Below are positions 1-9,332 of a stretch of 64,000 bases of DNA, piece after piece. Below the pieces are notes generated by a model. That model was not told the DNA's origin. It was given only the letters and a program-made list of their open reading frames with translations, and made no database searches. This DNA comes from an uncultured bacterium (GTDB lineage: Bacteria; Krumholzibacteriota; Krumholzibacteriia; LZORAL124-64-63): NCBI GenBank assembly GCA_903912525.1, contig CAIWHK010000007.1:22563-86562 (forward strand). Direction: 5' to 3'. A program made the position numbers and the translations under genes. Numbering within the stretch: the first letter of the stretch is position 1; each line of letters opens with the position of its first letter.

Positions 1-995
1 TGCATCAGCATGCCGCGCGGGCCGGCCTTGTCCTCCGCCACGTCGGCGATGGCCTCGTATGCCTTCAGGAGGCGCGGATCGTAGGCGCCGGTCTCGACGC
101 GCAGCGAATCAAGGACGCGCCTGACCGAATAGCCGCGCCCCTGCAACTCCTCGATACGGTTGGCCAGCTTCAGCACGCGAGAAGCGATCGGGATGTCGTC
201 GCCCGAGATCTTGCCGCGCGGCGATCCGGTGCCGTCGAAGTTCTTGTCCATGAACTGGATGGTCATCAGCACCTCGTCCAGGCGCGGGATGTGGCTGATG
301 ATGTTGTAGGTGACCTGCGGAACGCGCTCGACCATCCCCGATTCCTGCGCCGTGAGAGGCTCACCCGTCGCCAGCTTGGTGGCGATGGTATCGGGCAGCG
401 TGATGCGGCCGATCTGCGACAGCTGCGCCGCCACCTGCATCTGCCAGTCGATGTGAATCCCGGCCTCGGTGCACATGAGCTCCGCCAGGGTCTTCACGCG
501 CGTGCCGCGTCCGAAGAGCGTCGGGCTGGAGAGGGCGAGGATCTCGCTCATCGCATCGATGCTGCCCTTGAGGGTCTCCTCGAGCAGCACCCGTTCCGCC
601 GAGACCAGGCTGTGCTGACGGACACAGGCGCGAACCGCGTCGAGGATCTCCCCCATGGAACAGGGCTTGGCCAGGAAACGGAAGATGTTGCCCTCGTTGA
701 CGGCCCTGGCCACGATCTCGAGGTCCCCGTGACCGGTCAACAGCGCGCGGACAACGTCCGGGAATTCCCGGCGCACCTGCGTCAGCAGGTTGATGCCGTT
801 CATGTCCGGCATCCGCATGTCCGACACGATGACCTGGAACGGTTCGGGCGTCTCGCGAAGGGCTGTCAGGGCGTCCGCGGCGCTCGTCACCAGGGTCAGG
901 TCGAGCTTGTCCCGCAGGCTGCGCTCGATGGAATGAAGGACGCGCACTTCGTCGTCGACACACAGGACGCGCGGCAATTTGATGTTCTTTTTCAA
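1..995 (-). CDS. Response regulator (REC) with HD-GYP-like output domain; 3' end runs off the window
   Basis: Manual translation from TTG 995 (GGGAGGG upstream): MKKNIKLPRVLCVDDE..VIVSDMRMP..LLTGH..FLAKP, then ..FDGTGSPRGKISGDDIPIASRVL. Not in the ORF track because it is open-ended. Confidence 0.85.
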   Translation of the reverse strand, partial: MKKNIKLPRVLCVDDEVRVLHSIERSLRDKLDLTLVTSAADALTALRETPEPFQVIVSDMRMPDMNGINLLTQVRREFPDVVRALLTGHGDLEIVARAVNEGNIFRFLAKPCSMGEILDAVRACVRQHSLVSAERVLLEETLKGSIDAMSEILALSSPTLFGRGTRVKTLAELMCTEAGIHIDWQMQVAAQLSQIGRITLPDTIATKLATGEPLTAQESGMVERVPQVTYNIISHIPRLDEVLMTIQFMDKNFDGTGSPRGKISGDDIPIASRVLKLANRIEELQGRGYSVRRVLDSLRVETGAYDPRLLKAYEAIADVAEDKAGPRGMLM

Positions 996-1045
996 TTCCG
1001 CCCTCCCGGCGAGACGCACCCGTGTCGCCCGGCTAAGGGCTACAC

Positions 1046-1077
1046 TTAATGTTCGGCCGCGAGTGCCGACACCTTGA
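1046..1077. promoter_or_regulatory. Overlapping divergent sigma28 (FliA)-like promoters
   Basis: + strand TTAA-N15-GCCGACAC (1046-1072); - strand TCAAG-N15-GCCGAACA (1077-1050); consensus TAAA-N15-GCCGATAA. Confidence 0.5.
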
Positions 1078-1120
1078 GCAATCGCGGACACTTTCGTCGG
1101 CTTGAAGGGAGACGCGCTCG

Positions 1121-2464
1121 ATGGCCAGCACGACGACCACTGCAGACACCCTGGAGCCCAGGCAGGCGTCCGTGGAATCGCCTGCCGTCGAAATCGAGCG
1201 CGACCGCAGGCAGTCCGCACTGCGCGAACTCGCCGACAGCGAGAGCTATTCGCGCGTGCTGTTCCACGCCACCCAGACCGGCCTGGTCATCGCCGACCTG
1301 CGCACCGAGTGCATCATGGAGGCGAATCCGGCGGCGGCCGAGATCCTCGGGACGACAACAGATGACCTTTGTGGCCATTCCGCGGCGATCTGCGGCTTCG
1401 GCGATATCTTTGAACCCATGCGCGAGGGCAACCGTCTCCTGGAGCGCCACAAGGCGGAACTGAGACGCAGTGAAGGCACCGGCATCCCCGTGATCCTGTC
1501 GGCCGTCGCCCTGAAGCTGGGTGAGCGCGACGTGGTCGTCCTGAGTTTCGTCGACATCGGCGACATCAGCGCCGTCCAGGAGCAGCTCCGGCAGTCGCAC
1601 GTCCACCTGGAGGACGCGGCAAGGCGCCTGGAATCGCAACGCGACGCCATCATCCAGTCCGAGAAGATGGCGAGCATCGGCCAGCTTGCCGCCGGCGTGG
1701 CGCACGAGATCAACAACCCGATCGGCTACATCACGAGCAACCTGGCGACGATCTCGGAATACACCGACTTCCTGCGCACGCTCCTGTCGCTGTACCGCCA
1801 GTTGGCCGAAATGCCGATGGACGATCCGCGTCGGGACACCGTCATCGACGAATTGACGATCGCTTTGGACGAGGAGGACCTCGACTTCGTCCTCGGCGAC
1901 CTGGATGTCGTCCTGCGGGAATCGGTCGAAGGCACGACGCGGGTGGCGGACATCGTCCAGAACCTGAAGAGCTTCGCGCGGGAGGATTCGCTCCAGAAGA
2001 CGCCCCACGACCTCAACGAGGGCGTCGAGGCCATGATCCGCATGGTCTGGAACGAACTCAAGTACTCCTGCAAGATCGAGAAGGACCTGGGCGAGCTGCC
2101 GCTCATCCGGTGCCATGCCGGCCAGATCAACCAGGTGATCATGAACGTCCTGGTCAATGCGGCCCACGCCATGGCGCCGGCCGGGGGAACGATCACCATC
2201 TGCACGCGCGCCCACGAGGATGCGGTGGAAATCTCCATCTCCGACACGGGCTGCGGCATGACGCCCGAGGTCATGCAGCACATCTTCGACCCGTTCTTCA
2301 CGACCAAGGACGTCGGCAAGGGCACGGGGCTGGGCCTTTCCATCAGCCACGGCATCGTGTCGGACCACGGGGGACATTTTGACGTTTCCAGCGAACCGGG
2401 CAACGGTTCGAATTTCCGCATCTTCCTGCCGCTGGCTGAACTGGATGATGACATCGTGAGTTGA
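1121..2464 (+). CDS. PAS-domain sensor histidine kinase (NtrB-like)
   Basis: EKMASIGQLAAGVAHEINNP H-box; DTGCG, FDPFFTTK, GTGLGL boxes. Confidence 0.92.
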   Translation: MASTTTTADTLEPRQASVESPAVEIERDRRQSALRELADSESYSRVLFHATQTGLVIADLRTECIMEANPAAAEILGTTTDDLCGHSAAICGFGDIFEPMREGNRLLERHKAELRRSEGTGIPVILSAVALKLGERDVVVLSFVDIGDISAVQEQLRQSHVHLEDAARRLESQRDAIIQSEKMASIGQLAAGVAHEINNPIGYITSNLATISEYTDFLRTLLSLYRQLAEMPMDDPRRDTVIDELTIALDEEDLDFVLGDLDVVLRESVEGTTRVADIVQNLKSFAREDSLQKTPHDLNEGVEAMIRMVWNELKYSCKIEKDLGELPLIRCHAGQINQVIMNVLVNAAHAMAPAGGTITICTRAHEDAVEISISDTGCGMTPEVMQHIFDPFFTTKDVGKGTGLGLSISHGIVSDHGGHFDVSSEPGNGSNFRIFLPLAELDDDIVS

Positions 2465-2684
2465 GGCCCCGGAAGAATCTTCTCCCGGCGCGGCCGTGAC
2501 TCCCTCATTTTTTTCCGCGCCGCCGATCGGCCATGGTCGCGATTTTCGCAAGCTATTTGTTTTCAACACACTAACAACTACGGATTCCCCGCATGGGCGC
2601 GCACGAATCGTGCAATAGCTCCCCGGGGACCTGCGCCGACGAGCGGCGCCACGCCGCCCATGGCCGCATGAACCGGGAGTGCCC

Positions 2685-5366
2685 ATGACCTGCGCGCGCC
2701 TCCACGACGACCACATGCGCGACCTTCTGGACGCCATGGGCGATGCCGTGGCGCTTCTTGGCGTCGACGGGACCATCCTGGCGATCAACGAAGCCGGAGC
2801 CGCCCAGCTCGGCCTTCCGCGCGACGAATTGATCGGGCGCTGCTGCTACCACCTGATGCCGCCCGAGATGGCCGCCTGCCGCCGTCAAATCGCCGAAGAA
2901 GTCACGCGCACGGGCCAGCCGAGGCACTTCGTCGACATGGCCGGCGGGCACTACCAGGAACACCATGTGCGCCCCCTGCGGGACGTTGACGGGCGTGTCA
3001 CGCGCCTGGCCGTCCACGTCGCGGACGTCACCGACCTGTGCCGGGCCGACCGGGAGCGGCAGGTCAAGTCCCTCGAACTGGAAACCATCCACGCGCACGT
3101 GCCGGTCGGCATCCTCCTGCTCGATTCCGAGCGGCGGGTGACCAAGGCCAACGAGGCCGTCGCCCGGATGGCCGGGGCCCCGCGCGAGGAGATCCTCAAC
3201 CGCATCGGCGGCGCTGCGCTCGGCTGCCTCAACCACCTGGACGACGAGCGCGGCTGCGGGCACGGGCCCAACTGCGCCCGGTGTGAGCTGCGACTGGCCC
3301 TAGTCCATGCGCTCGAAAACGGCATTGTCATCAACGCGCTGCCCGTGGCCCTGCCGGTGGAAGGTCCCGCCGGGCGCGAGATCAAGCATGTGCTCGTGTC
3401 GGCCGCGCCCATCACCATCGACGGACGCCCCCAGGTGCTGGTGTCCCTGCAGGACATCACGCCATTGCGCCAGGCCGAGGCCGACGTCGCCTTCAAGGCG
3501 ATGGTGCTGGACCAGATCCAGGACCGCGTCACCGTCACCGACATGCAGGGCACCGTGGTCTACGTCAACAATGCGGCCTGCCGGTCGCTGAAGAAGGCGC
3601 GCGAGGACCTGGTCGGCCGGAGCGTGTCCGGACTCGGCGAGGATGCGGCGCGCGGCGCCACCCAGCGTGAGATCATCGAGGGCACCATCGCCAACGGCGC
3701 CTGGCAGGGCGAAGTCGTCAACATCGCGGCGGACGGCGCCCCGGTGCTGCTGCACTGCCGCACCTCGCTGATCCGCGACGAACAGGGCGCGCCGATCGGC
3801 ATGTGCGGGATCGCCACGGACATCACCGAGACGAAGCGTCGCGAGGAACAGCTGCGCGAGAGCGAGCGGCGCTTCCGCCGCCTTCACGAACAGTTGCCGA
3901 TCGGCTACTTCGGCCTGGACCGCGAGGGCTGCTATGTCGACGCCAATCCCGCCTGGCTGAACCTGCTGGGGCTTCCCCGCGAGCAGGTCGAGGGTAGCCG
4001 GTTCACCGACCTGCTGGACGACAGCCACCTGGAGCGGTTCGCCGCCGCTCGGGCCCGCGTGCAGGAGGGCGGCGAGGAGCAGTTCGAGTGCGAGATCCGG
4101 GGCGGTGACGGCAGGGCCGTCACTTTCTTCTGCGTCGACCGGGGCGGACTGGACGACCAGGGCGGCGTCGACGTGACCCACTGGGTCGCGGCCGACGTCT
4201 CCGAGCGGCGACGGCTGGAGGCCCAGCTCCGCCAGGCCCAGAAGCTGGATGCGCTCGGGCGGCTGGCCGCAGGCGTCTCCCACGACTTCAACAACCAGCT
4301 GACGGTCATCTCCGGCTACTGCGACATCCTGCTGGGCCAGGTCCCCGCGGAGAGCCCCCTGCGCCCGGCGCTCGGCCAGATCCGGCGCGCCACCGAGCGG
4401 GCCTCGTCCACCACCGGCCACCTGCTGTCGTTCAGCCGCAAGCGCGACCTGGCGCCGCGCGATGTCGACCTCAACGACCTCCTGCGCGACCTGCTCCACC
4501 CGGTCAGCAAGCTGATCGGCGAGACGATCCGCGTGCGTCTGGAACTGTCGCCCCGCCTGCGCACCGTCTGCGTGGACCCGGGCGCGCTGCAGCAGGCCAT
4601 CTTCAACCTGATCATCAACGCCCGCGACTCGATGCCCGACGGGGGCACCCTCGTACTGCGCACGGCCAACCGGCCCGCCCCCGCGACGGCGCCGGGCGCC
4701 GGCCTGGTGACCCTGACGGTAGAGGACAGCGGCCACGGGATCAGCGACGGCGACCTGGAGCATGTGTTCGAGCCCTTCTTCACCACGAAGGGCGAGGGAC
4801 AGGGCACGGGACTCGGCCTGCCGATGGTCCGTGGCTTCGCCGAACAGAGCAGCGGCCAGGTCGAGATCCAGAGCCGCCCGGGCGTGGGCACGACAGCGAC
4901 GATCGCCTTGCCGGCCACGGCCGCCGCCGGTTCACCAAACGAGCAGGCAGAAGCCGCAAGTGAGCCGGAGCGACTGGCGGGACGCTTCCTGGTGGTCGAA
5001 GACTCCGAGTCGGTCCGCGACCTGGTGGGCGATGTCCTGCGCCGACAAGGAGCCGAGGTCGTGATGGCCTCCTCGCCGGAAGAAGCCCTGAGACTGGCCG
5101 CCAGCGGCGCCCGCTTCGACATGGTGGTCACGGACATCGTGATGCCGGGCATGCGCGGCGACGAGATGGTGTCGCGCCTGGTCGCCGCCGGCCGCGTCGA
5201 CCGGGTTGTCTACATGTCCGGCTACCATGACAAACGGACCGCGTCGATGTCGGGCCCCCTGCTGAGCAAGCCCTTCGCCGTGCAGGAACTCGTCGACATG
5301 GTCCAGAGCGTCATGCAGGAACCAGCCGCCGTCGCGGCGTCCGGCGCCCCCGGGAGGCCGCTGTGA
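2685..5366 (+). CDS. Multi-PAS hybrid sensor histidine kinase/response regulator
   Basis: Several PAS repeats, AGVSHDFNNQL H-box, FEPFFTTK/GTGLGL, C-terminal REC (LVVED..VVTDIVMP..LSKPF); GGAG before ATG 2685. Confidence 0.92.
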   Translation: MTCARLHDDHMRDLLDAMGDAVALLGVDGTILAINEAGAAQLGLPRDELIGRCCYHLMPPEMAACRRQIAEEVTRTGQPRHFVDMAGGHYQEHHVRPLRDVDGRVTRLAVHVADVTDLCRADRERQVKSLELETIHAHVPVGILLLDSERRVTKANEAVARMAGAPREEILNRIGGAALGCLNHLDDERGCGHGPNCARCELRLALVHALENGIVINALPVALPVEGPAGREIKHVLVSAAPITIDGRPQVLVSLQDITPLRQAEADVAFKAMVLDQIQDRVTVTDMQGTVVYVNNAACRSLKKAREDLVGRSVSGLGEDAARGATQREIIEGTIANGAWQGEVVNIAADGAPVLLHCRTSLIRDEQGAPIGMCGIATDITETKRREEQLRESERRFRRLHEQLPIGYFGLDREGCYVDANPAWLNLLGLPREQVEGSRFTDLLDDSHLERFAAARARVQEGGEEQFECEIRGGDGRAVTFFCVDRGGLDDQGGVDVTHWVAADVSERRRLEAQLRQAQKLDALGRLAAGVSHDFNNQLTVISGYCDILLGQVPAESPLRPALGQIRRATERASSTTGHLLSFSRKRDLAPRDVDLNDLLRDLLHPVSKLIGETIRVRLELSPRLRTVCVDPGALQQAIFNLIINARDSMPDGGTLVLRTANRPAPATAPGAGLVTLTVEDSGHGISDGDLEHVFEPFFTTKGEGQGTGLGLPMVRGFAEQSSGQVEIQSRPGVGTTATIALPATAAAGSPNEQAEAASEPERLAGRFLVVEDSESVRDLVGDVLRRQGAEVVMASSPEEALRLAASGARFDMVVTDIVMPGMRGDEMVSRLVAAGRVDRVVYMSGYHDKRTASMSGPLLSKPFAVQELVDMVQSVMQEPAAVAASGAPGRPL

Positions 5367-5935
5367 AAAGCCCCCTCTCCACAACCCAGGTCGCCATGAT
5401 GCTCGGCGTCACGTCCCAGACGATCGCGAACTGGATCGACCAGGGACAGCTGCGGGCCTCGCGCACGCCGGGCGGACATCGCCGCATCGACGCCGGTGAC
5501 TTCGAGGACTTCCTGACCAAACGCGGCATGCGCATGCCCGCGGAGCTGGTGGAGCACCCGCACACCATCCTGGTCGTCGAAGACGATCCCCAGGTGGGCC
5601 CCTGGCTGGTCCAGCAGTTGACCACGGCGCGCCCCGACCTGCACGTGATGCTGGCGCAGGACGGGTTCCGGGCCGGCGAACTGGTGGCCCTCACGCAGCC
5701 TGACACGGTGATCCTCGACATCTACCTGCCGGGCCTCGACGGGTTCGAGGTCTGCCGTCGCCTCAAGGGGCGCCCGGAGACCGCCGGCATCACCGTCATC
5801 GCAATGTCGGCCAACGACACGCCCGACGTTCGCGACACGATCCTCGAGGCCGGCGCCATCGCTTTCCTGCCCAAGCCCGTCAACCTGAGCCGCTTGCTCT
5901 GCGCGATCGCGGAACACCAACCGGTATCCGCATAG
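5363..5935 (+). CDS. Excisionase-like HTH (HTH_17) fused to response regulator receiver
   Basis: LSTTQVAMMLGVTSQTIANWIDQG..RTPGGHRRI, then ILVVEDD..ILDIYLPGLDG..LPKP; GTGA overlap with the kinase stop. Confidence 0.88.
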   Translation: MKSPLSTTQVAMMLGVTSQTIANWIDQGQLRASRTPGGHRRIDAGDFEDFLTKRGMRMPAELVEHPHTILVVEDDPQVGPWLVQQLTTARPDLHVMLAQDGFRAGELVALTQPDTVILDIYLPGLDGFEVCRRLKGRPETAGITVIAMSANDTPDVRDTILEAGAIAFLPKPVNLSRLLCAIAEHQPVSA

Positions 5936-6008
5936 GGGTCGGTCGGGGTCCCGGGCCGTGCGATCCTTAGCAAAGGAGTCCCATTTCCAAAAATTCCCAA
6001 AAATTCCC

Positions 6009-6035
6009 TAAATGTCCCTGTCGTCCGTCCGAAAA
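6009..6035 (+). promoter_or_regulatory. sigma28-like promoter for cheW-mcp
   Basis: TAAA-N15-TCCGAAAA upstream of chemotaxis genes. Confidence 0.6.
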
Positions 6036-6173
6036 CGATCACGGTTGAAGTGACGTTCGGGGGCGGGCGCCCGAGTCCGGAACGGCAGCAACGTTGTTGC
6101 CGGGACGGAAGCGGGGTCCCTGGGCGCACGCATCGTGGCGATCATCAGGGTCGCCCTGCATGAGGAGGATCAT

Positions 6174-6662
6174 ATGACGGAGAATGAGGCTGTGCGGCCC
6201 GACTCGCAGGACAAGGCCGGCAAGTACCTCACCTTCAAGCTGGGTCCCGGGCACTACGGCCTGGAGATCCTCAAGGTACGCGAGATCATCGGGACCATCG
6301 GCGTCACCGCCATTCCCCTGGCTCCGCACCATGTGAAGGGTGTCATCAACCTGCGCGGCACGGTCATCCCGGTGGTTGACCTGCGGCTGAAGTTCGGCAT
6401 GGAGGAAGTCGAGGCCACCGCCGAGACGTGCATCATCGTGGCGCACGTCGGCGACCGCGAGATCGGGGTCCTCGTGGACCAGGTCTCCGAGGTCCAGTAC
6501 TTCAACGCTGCCGACATCCAGGATCCTCCCGCCTTTGGGCAGGGCGTCGACACGGAATTCATCCTTGGCATCGGCAAGGTCGGCGATCACGTCACTTTGC
6601 TTCTCGACATCAATCGTGTGCTCATTGCCAGCGAGATCGCGGATCTCTGTCTTACGGCGTGA
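6174..6662 (+). CDS. cheW: Chemotaxis coupling protein CheW
   Basis: KYLTFKLG..YGLEILKVREII..GVINLRGTVIPVVDLRLKFG; RBS GAGGAGG before ATG 6174. Confidence 0.93.
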   Translation: MTENEAVRPDSQDKAGKYLTFKLGPGHYGLEILKVREIIGTIGVTAIPLAPHHVKGVINLRGTVIPVVDLRLKFGMEEVEATAETCIIVAHVGDREIGVLVDQVSEVQYFNAADIQDPPAFGQGVDTEFILGIGKVGDHVTLLLDINRVLIASEIADLCLTA

Positions 6663-6711
6663 TCACCATCTGCCGGCCGCCTGAGAACGGCCGTGTGAAG
6701 GGAGCGTACCA

Positions 6712-8721
6712 ATGCTGAAGAACATGAAACTCGGCGCTAAGATCAGCCTCGGCTTCGCGATGGTGATCTGTCTGGCGTCCGTCCTCGGCTCGCTGGGCGT
6801 CGTGAGCATGAACATGGTCCGGAAGAACTCCAACATCCTGGCCACCGAGTACATGCCGGAAGTCGAATACTGCAACCAGGTCGAGCGCAGCTCGCTGGCG
6901 ACGATGTACGCCGTTCGCGGCTACGCACTCAGCGAAGAGGCCAAGTACTTCGAGGAGGGGAACAAGGAACTGGTAGAGGTCAACAAGGCCCTCGACGACT
7001 GCGCCAAGCTGGCCACCGAGGCCAAGCACCTGACCAAGCTGGGGCCCGCCGTGCAGGCCGCCCAGGTCGCCGTCGACGATTACGAGGCCCTGCTGAAGCA
7101 GACCAACGAACTGATCACGAAGATGGACGGCAATCGCGCGACGCTGAACACGTCCGCGGCCCAGTTCATGGAGAACTGCAACACGTACCTGGCCAACCAG
7201 ACCGACAAGATGGACCAGGACATCGCCAAGGGCCTCAAGGGCGCCAAGCTGCGCGAGCGCATGAAGAAGATCACGCTGGTCAACGACATCATCGACCTCG
7301 GCAACGGCGCGCGCATCGCGAACTGGAAGGCCCAGGCCCTGCGCGAGCCGCAGTTCATCATCGATGCCGACAAGAACTTCGACCCGATGGCCGAGAAGTT
7401 CGCGGCAATGCGCGAGATCACCGCCGATCCCGCCAACCTCGAGCAGATCAACACGACCGAGAAGGCCGGCGCCGAGTACCGTGCGGCGATGAAGGACTTC
7501 CTGGCGAACTGGGAACAGCTGCAGGCCGTCGGCGTCAAGCGCGGCGAGGTCGGCAACAGCGTCCTGGCCCTGGCCAAGGAAACCTCCATGGCCGGCGTCG
7601 AGGGCGCGCGCAAGATCGCTGACGATGCGTCGGCGAGCCTGACCGCTTCTTCGCTGACCCTGCTCGTCGGCCTCGTGATCTGCATCGCGATCGGCACCTT
7701 TGCAGCGCTGATGATCACCCGTTCGATCGTCGGTCCGCTGCGTCGGATCATCGGCGGCCTGACCGCCGGCTCGCAGCAGACGTCCAGCGCCGCCGGCCAG
7801 GTGTCGTCGGCCAGCGTCTCGCTCGCGGACGGCGCCAGCCGCCAGGCGGCCGCCATCGAGGAAACCTCTTCCTCCATGGAAGAGATGGCCGCGATGACCC
7901 GCCAGAACGCAGCGAACGCCATCAAGGCCAATGCCCTGGCGTCGCAGACGAAGTCCAGCGCCGACCGCGGCGTGGACGCCATGCAGCGCATGAACACCGC
8001 CATCGACGACATCAAGAAGTCGAGCGACTCGACGGCCCGCATCATCAAGACGATCGACGAGATCGCCTTCCAGACCAACCTGCTGGCCCTCAACGCGGCT
8101 GTCGAAGCGGCGCGTGCCGGCGAGGCGGGCAAGGGCTTCGCGGTCGTGGCCGAGGAAGTGCGCAACCTGGCGCAGCGTTCGGCCGAGGCCGCCAAGAACA
8201 CGGCCCAGATGATCGAGGAGTCGGTCAAGAACGCCGACAACGGCGTGGCCATCACCCGCGAAGTGGGCGCGGCGCTGGCGGAGATCAGTTCGGCGGCCGC
8301 CGAGGTCAACGAACTGGTGGCCGGCATCGCCAAGGCCAGCAACGAGCAGGCCGAGGGCAACGCCCAGATCAACACGGCCGTGGGCCAGATGGACCACATC
8401 ACGCAGGCCAACGCTGCCAACGCGGAAGAGACCGCGTCGGCCAGCGAGGAGCTGTCGGGCCAGGCCGAGGAGCTGTCCTCGATGGTTCGCGAGCTCGAGT
8501 CGATGGTCGGTGGCGAGAACACCGGCTACGGCCCGCAGTTGAAGGTGCCGGCCAAGCCGATGCGCAAGTCCGCGCCGTCGCCGCAGCCCCCGCGGGCCCA
8601 GGCTAAGGCTCCCGCGCGCAATCAGGCTCCGGCCCGCTCGAAGAAGGTCGATCACGTGATCGCCTTCGACGAGGACGAGCTCGAGATGGTCGGCGCCGGC
8701 CGCGACATGATCGACATCTAG
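6712..8721 (+). CDS. Methyl-accepting chemotaxis protein
   Basis: Two TM segments; [37 protein letters not shown] signature. Confidence 0.96.
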   Translation: MLKNMKLGAKISLGFAMVICLASVLGSLGVVSMNMVRKNSNILATEYMPEVEYCNQVERSSLATMYAVRGYALSEEAKYFEEGNKELVEVNKALDDCAKLATEAKHLTKLGPAVQAAQVAVDDYEALLKQTNELITKMDGNRATLNTSAAQFMENCNTYLANQTDKMDQDIAKGLKGAKLRERMKKITLVNDIIDLGNGARIANWKAQALREPQFIIDADKNFDPMAEKFAAMREITADPANLEQINTTEKAGAEYRAAMKDFLANWEQLQAVGVKRGEVGNSVLALAKETSMAGVEGARKIADDASASLTASSLTLLVGLVICIAIGTFAALMITRSIVGPLRRIIGGLTAGSQQTSSAAGQVSSASVSLADGASRQAAAIEETSSSMEEMAAMTRQNAANAIKANALASQTKSSADRGVDAMQRMNTAIDDIKKSSDSTARIIKTIDEIAFQTNLLALNAAVEAARAGEAGKGFAVVAEEVRNLAQRSAEAAKNTAQMIEESVKNADNGVAITREVGAALAEISSAAAEVNELVAGIAKASNEQAEGNAQINTAVGQMDHITQANAANAEETASASEELSGQAEELSSMVRELESMVGGENTGYGPQLKVPAKPMRKSAPSPQPPRAQAKAPARNQAPARSKKVDHVIAFDEDELEMVGAGRDMIDI

Positions 8722-8750
8722 AAGTCCGGGTCCCCGCGACGGGACGGGGT

Positions 8751-8784
8751 GCGGCGTCCGCTTCGGCGGGCGCCGCGCCTTTTT
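8751..8784 (+). terminator. Rho-independent terminator after the MCP gene
   Basis: GCGGCGTCCGC-TTCG-GCGGGCGCCGC stem-loop followed by a T-run. Confidence 0.65.
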
Positions 8785-9309
8785 CTATGCCCGGCCCAGC
8801 AGGTCGACGTACGCGCCTTCCACCAGTTGCGCCGGCGCAACTCCCAGCTGTGCCATCAGTGCGTGGGCCTCGGCTTCGCCCACCGCGCTCGCCTCGTCAT
8901 CGCGCAGCACGACCTCGAGCTCGAGGAATTCTCCCAACCCCTCCACGCGGTCCAGGTGCACCCGCGTTCGCCCGACCATGACCAGCGTGCGCCGCTTGCG
9001 CACGCGCCCCGCCTCGCCGTAGGCCAGCGACAGCGCGAGCCGCAGGGAGTCACAGTCGTCGACGGGCGCCAGCACGTAGAACGACTCCTTCGGGCCGGCA
9101 TCGTCCGCGCGGCGATAGTAGATCAGTTCGCCGCCGCCGGTCGCGAACGCGCGCAGCTTCAGGCGCCCGGTGTCGCAGGGGAAGAACGTGTCGTCCTGGA
9201 TGATGTCGCACGCCGGCTCGGTGGCCAGCGCCGCGGCGCGGGCGGCGACGGCGTCCAGTGACGCTCCGTCGCCGCCCAGCCGGGCCTTGATCTCGATGTT
9301 GCGGGGCAT
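8785..9309 (-). CDS. CYTH-domain protein (class IV adenylate cyclase family)
   Basis: NIEIKAR ExExK motif, QDDTFF, RLKLR, RVHLDRVEGLGEFLELEV. Confidence 0.9.
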   Translation of the reverse strand: MPRNIEIKARLGGDGASLDAVAARAAALATEPACDIIQDDTFFPCDTGRLKLRAFATGGGELIYYRRADDAGPKESFYVLAPVDDCDSLRLALSLAYGEAGRVRKRRTLVMVGRTRVHLDRVEGLGEFLELEVVLRDDEASAVGEAEAHALMAQLGVAPAQLVEGAYVDLLGRA

Positions 9310-9332
9310 GGTCCTCCGGGGGTCGGTGATCC

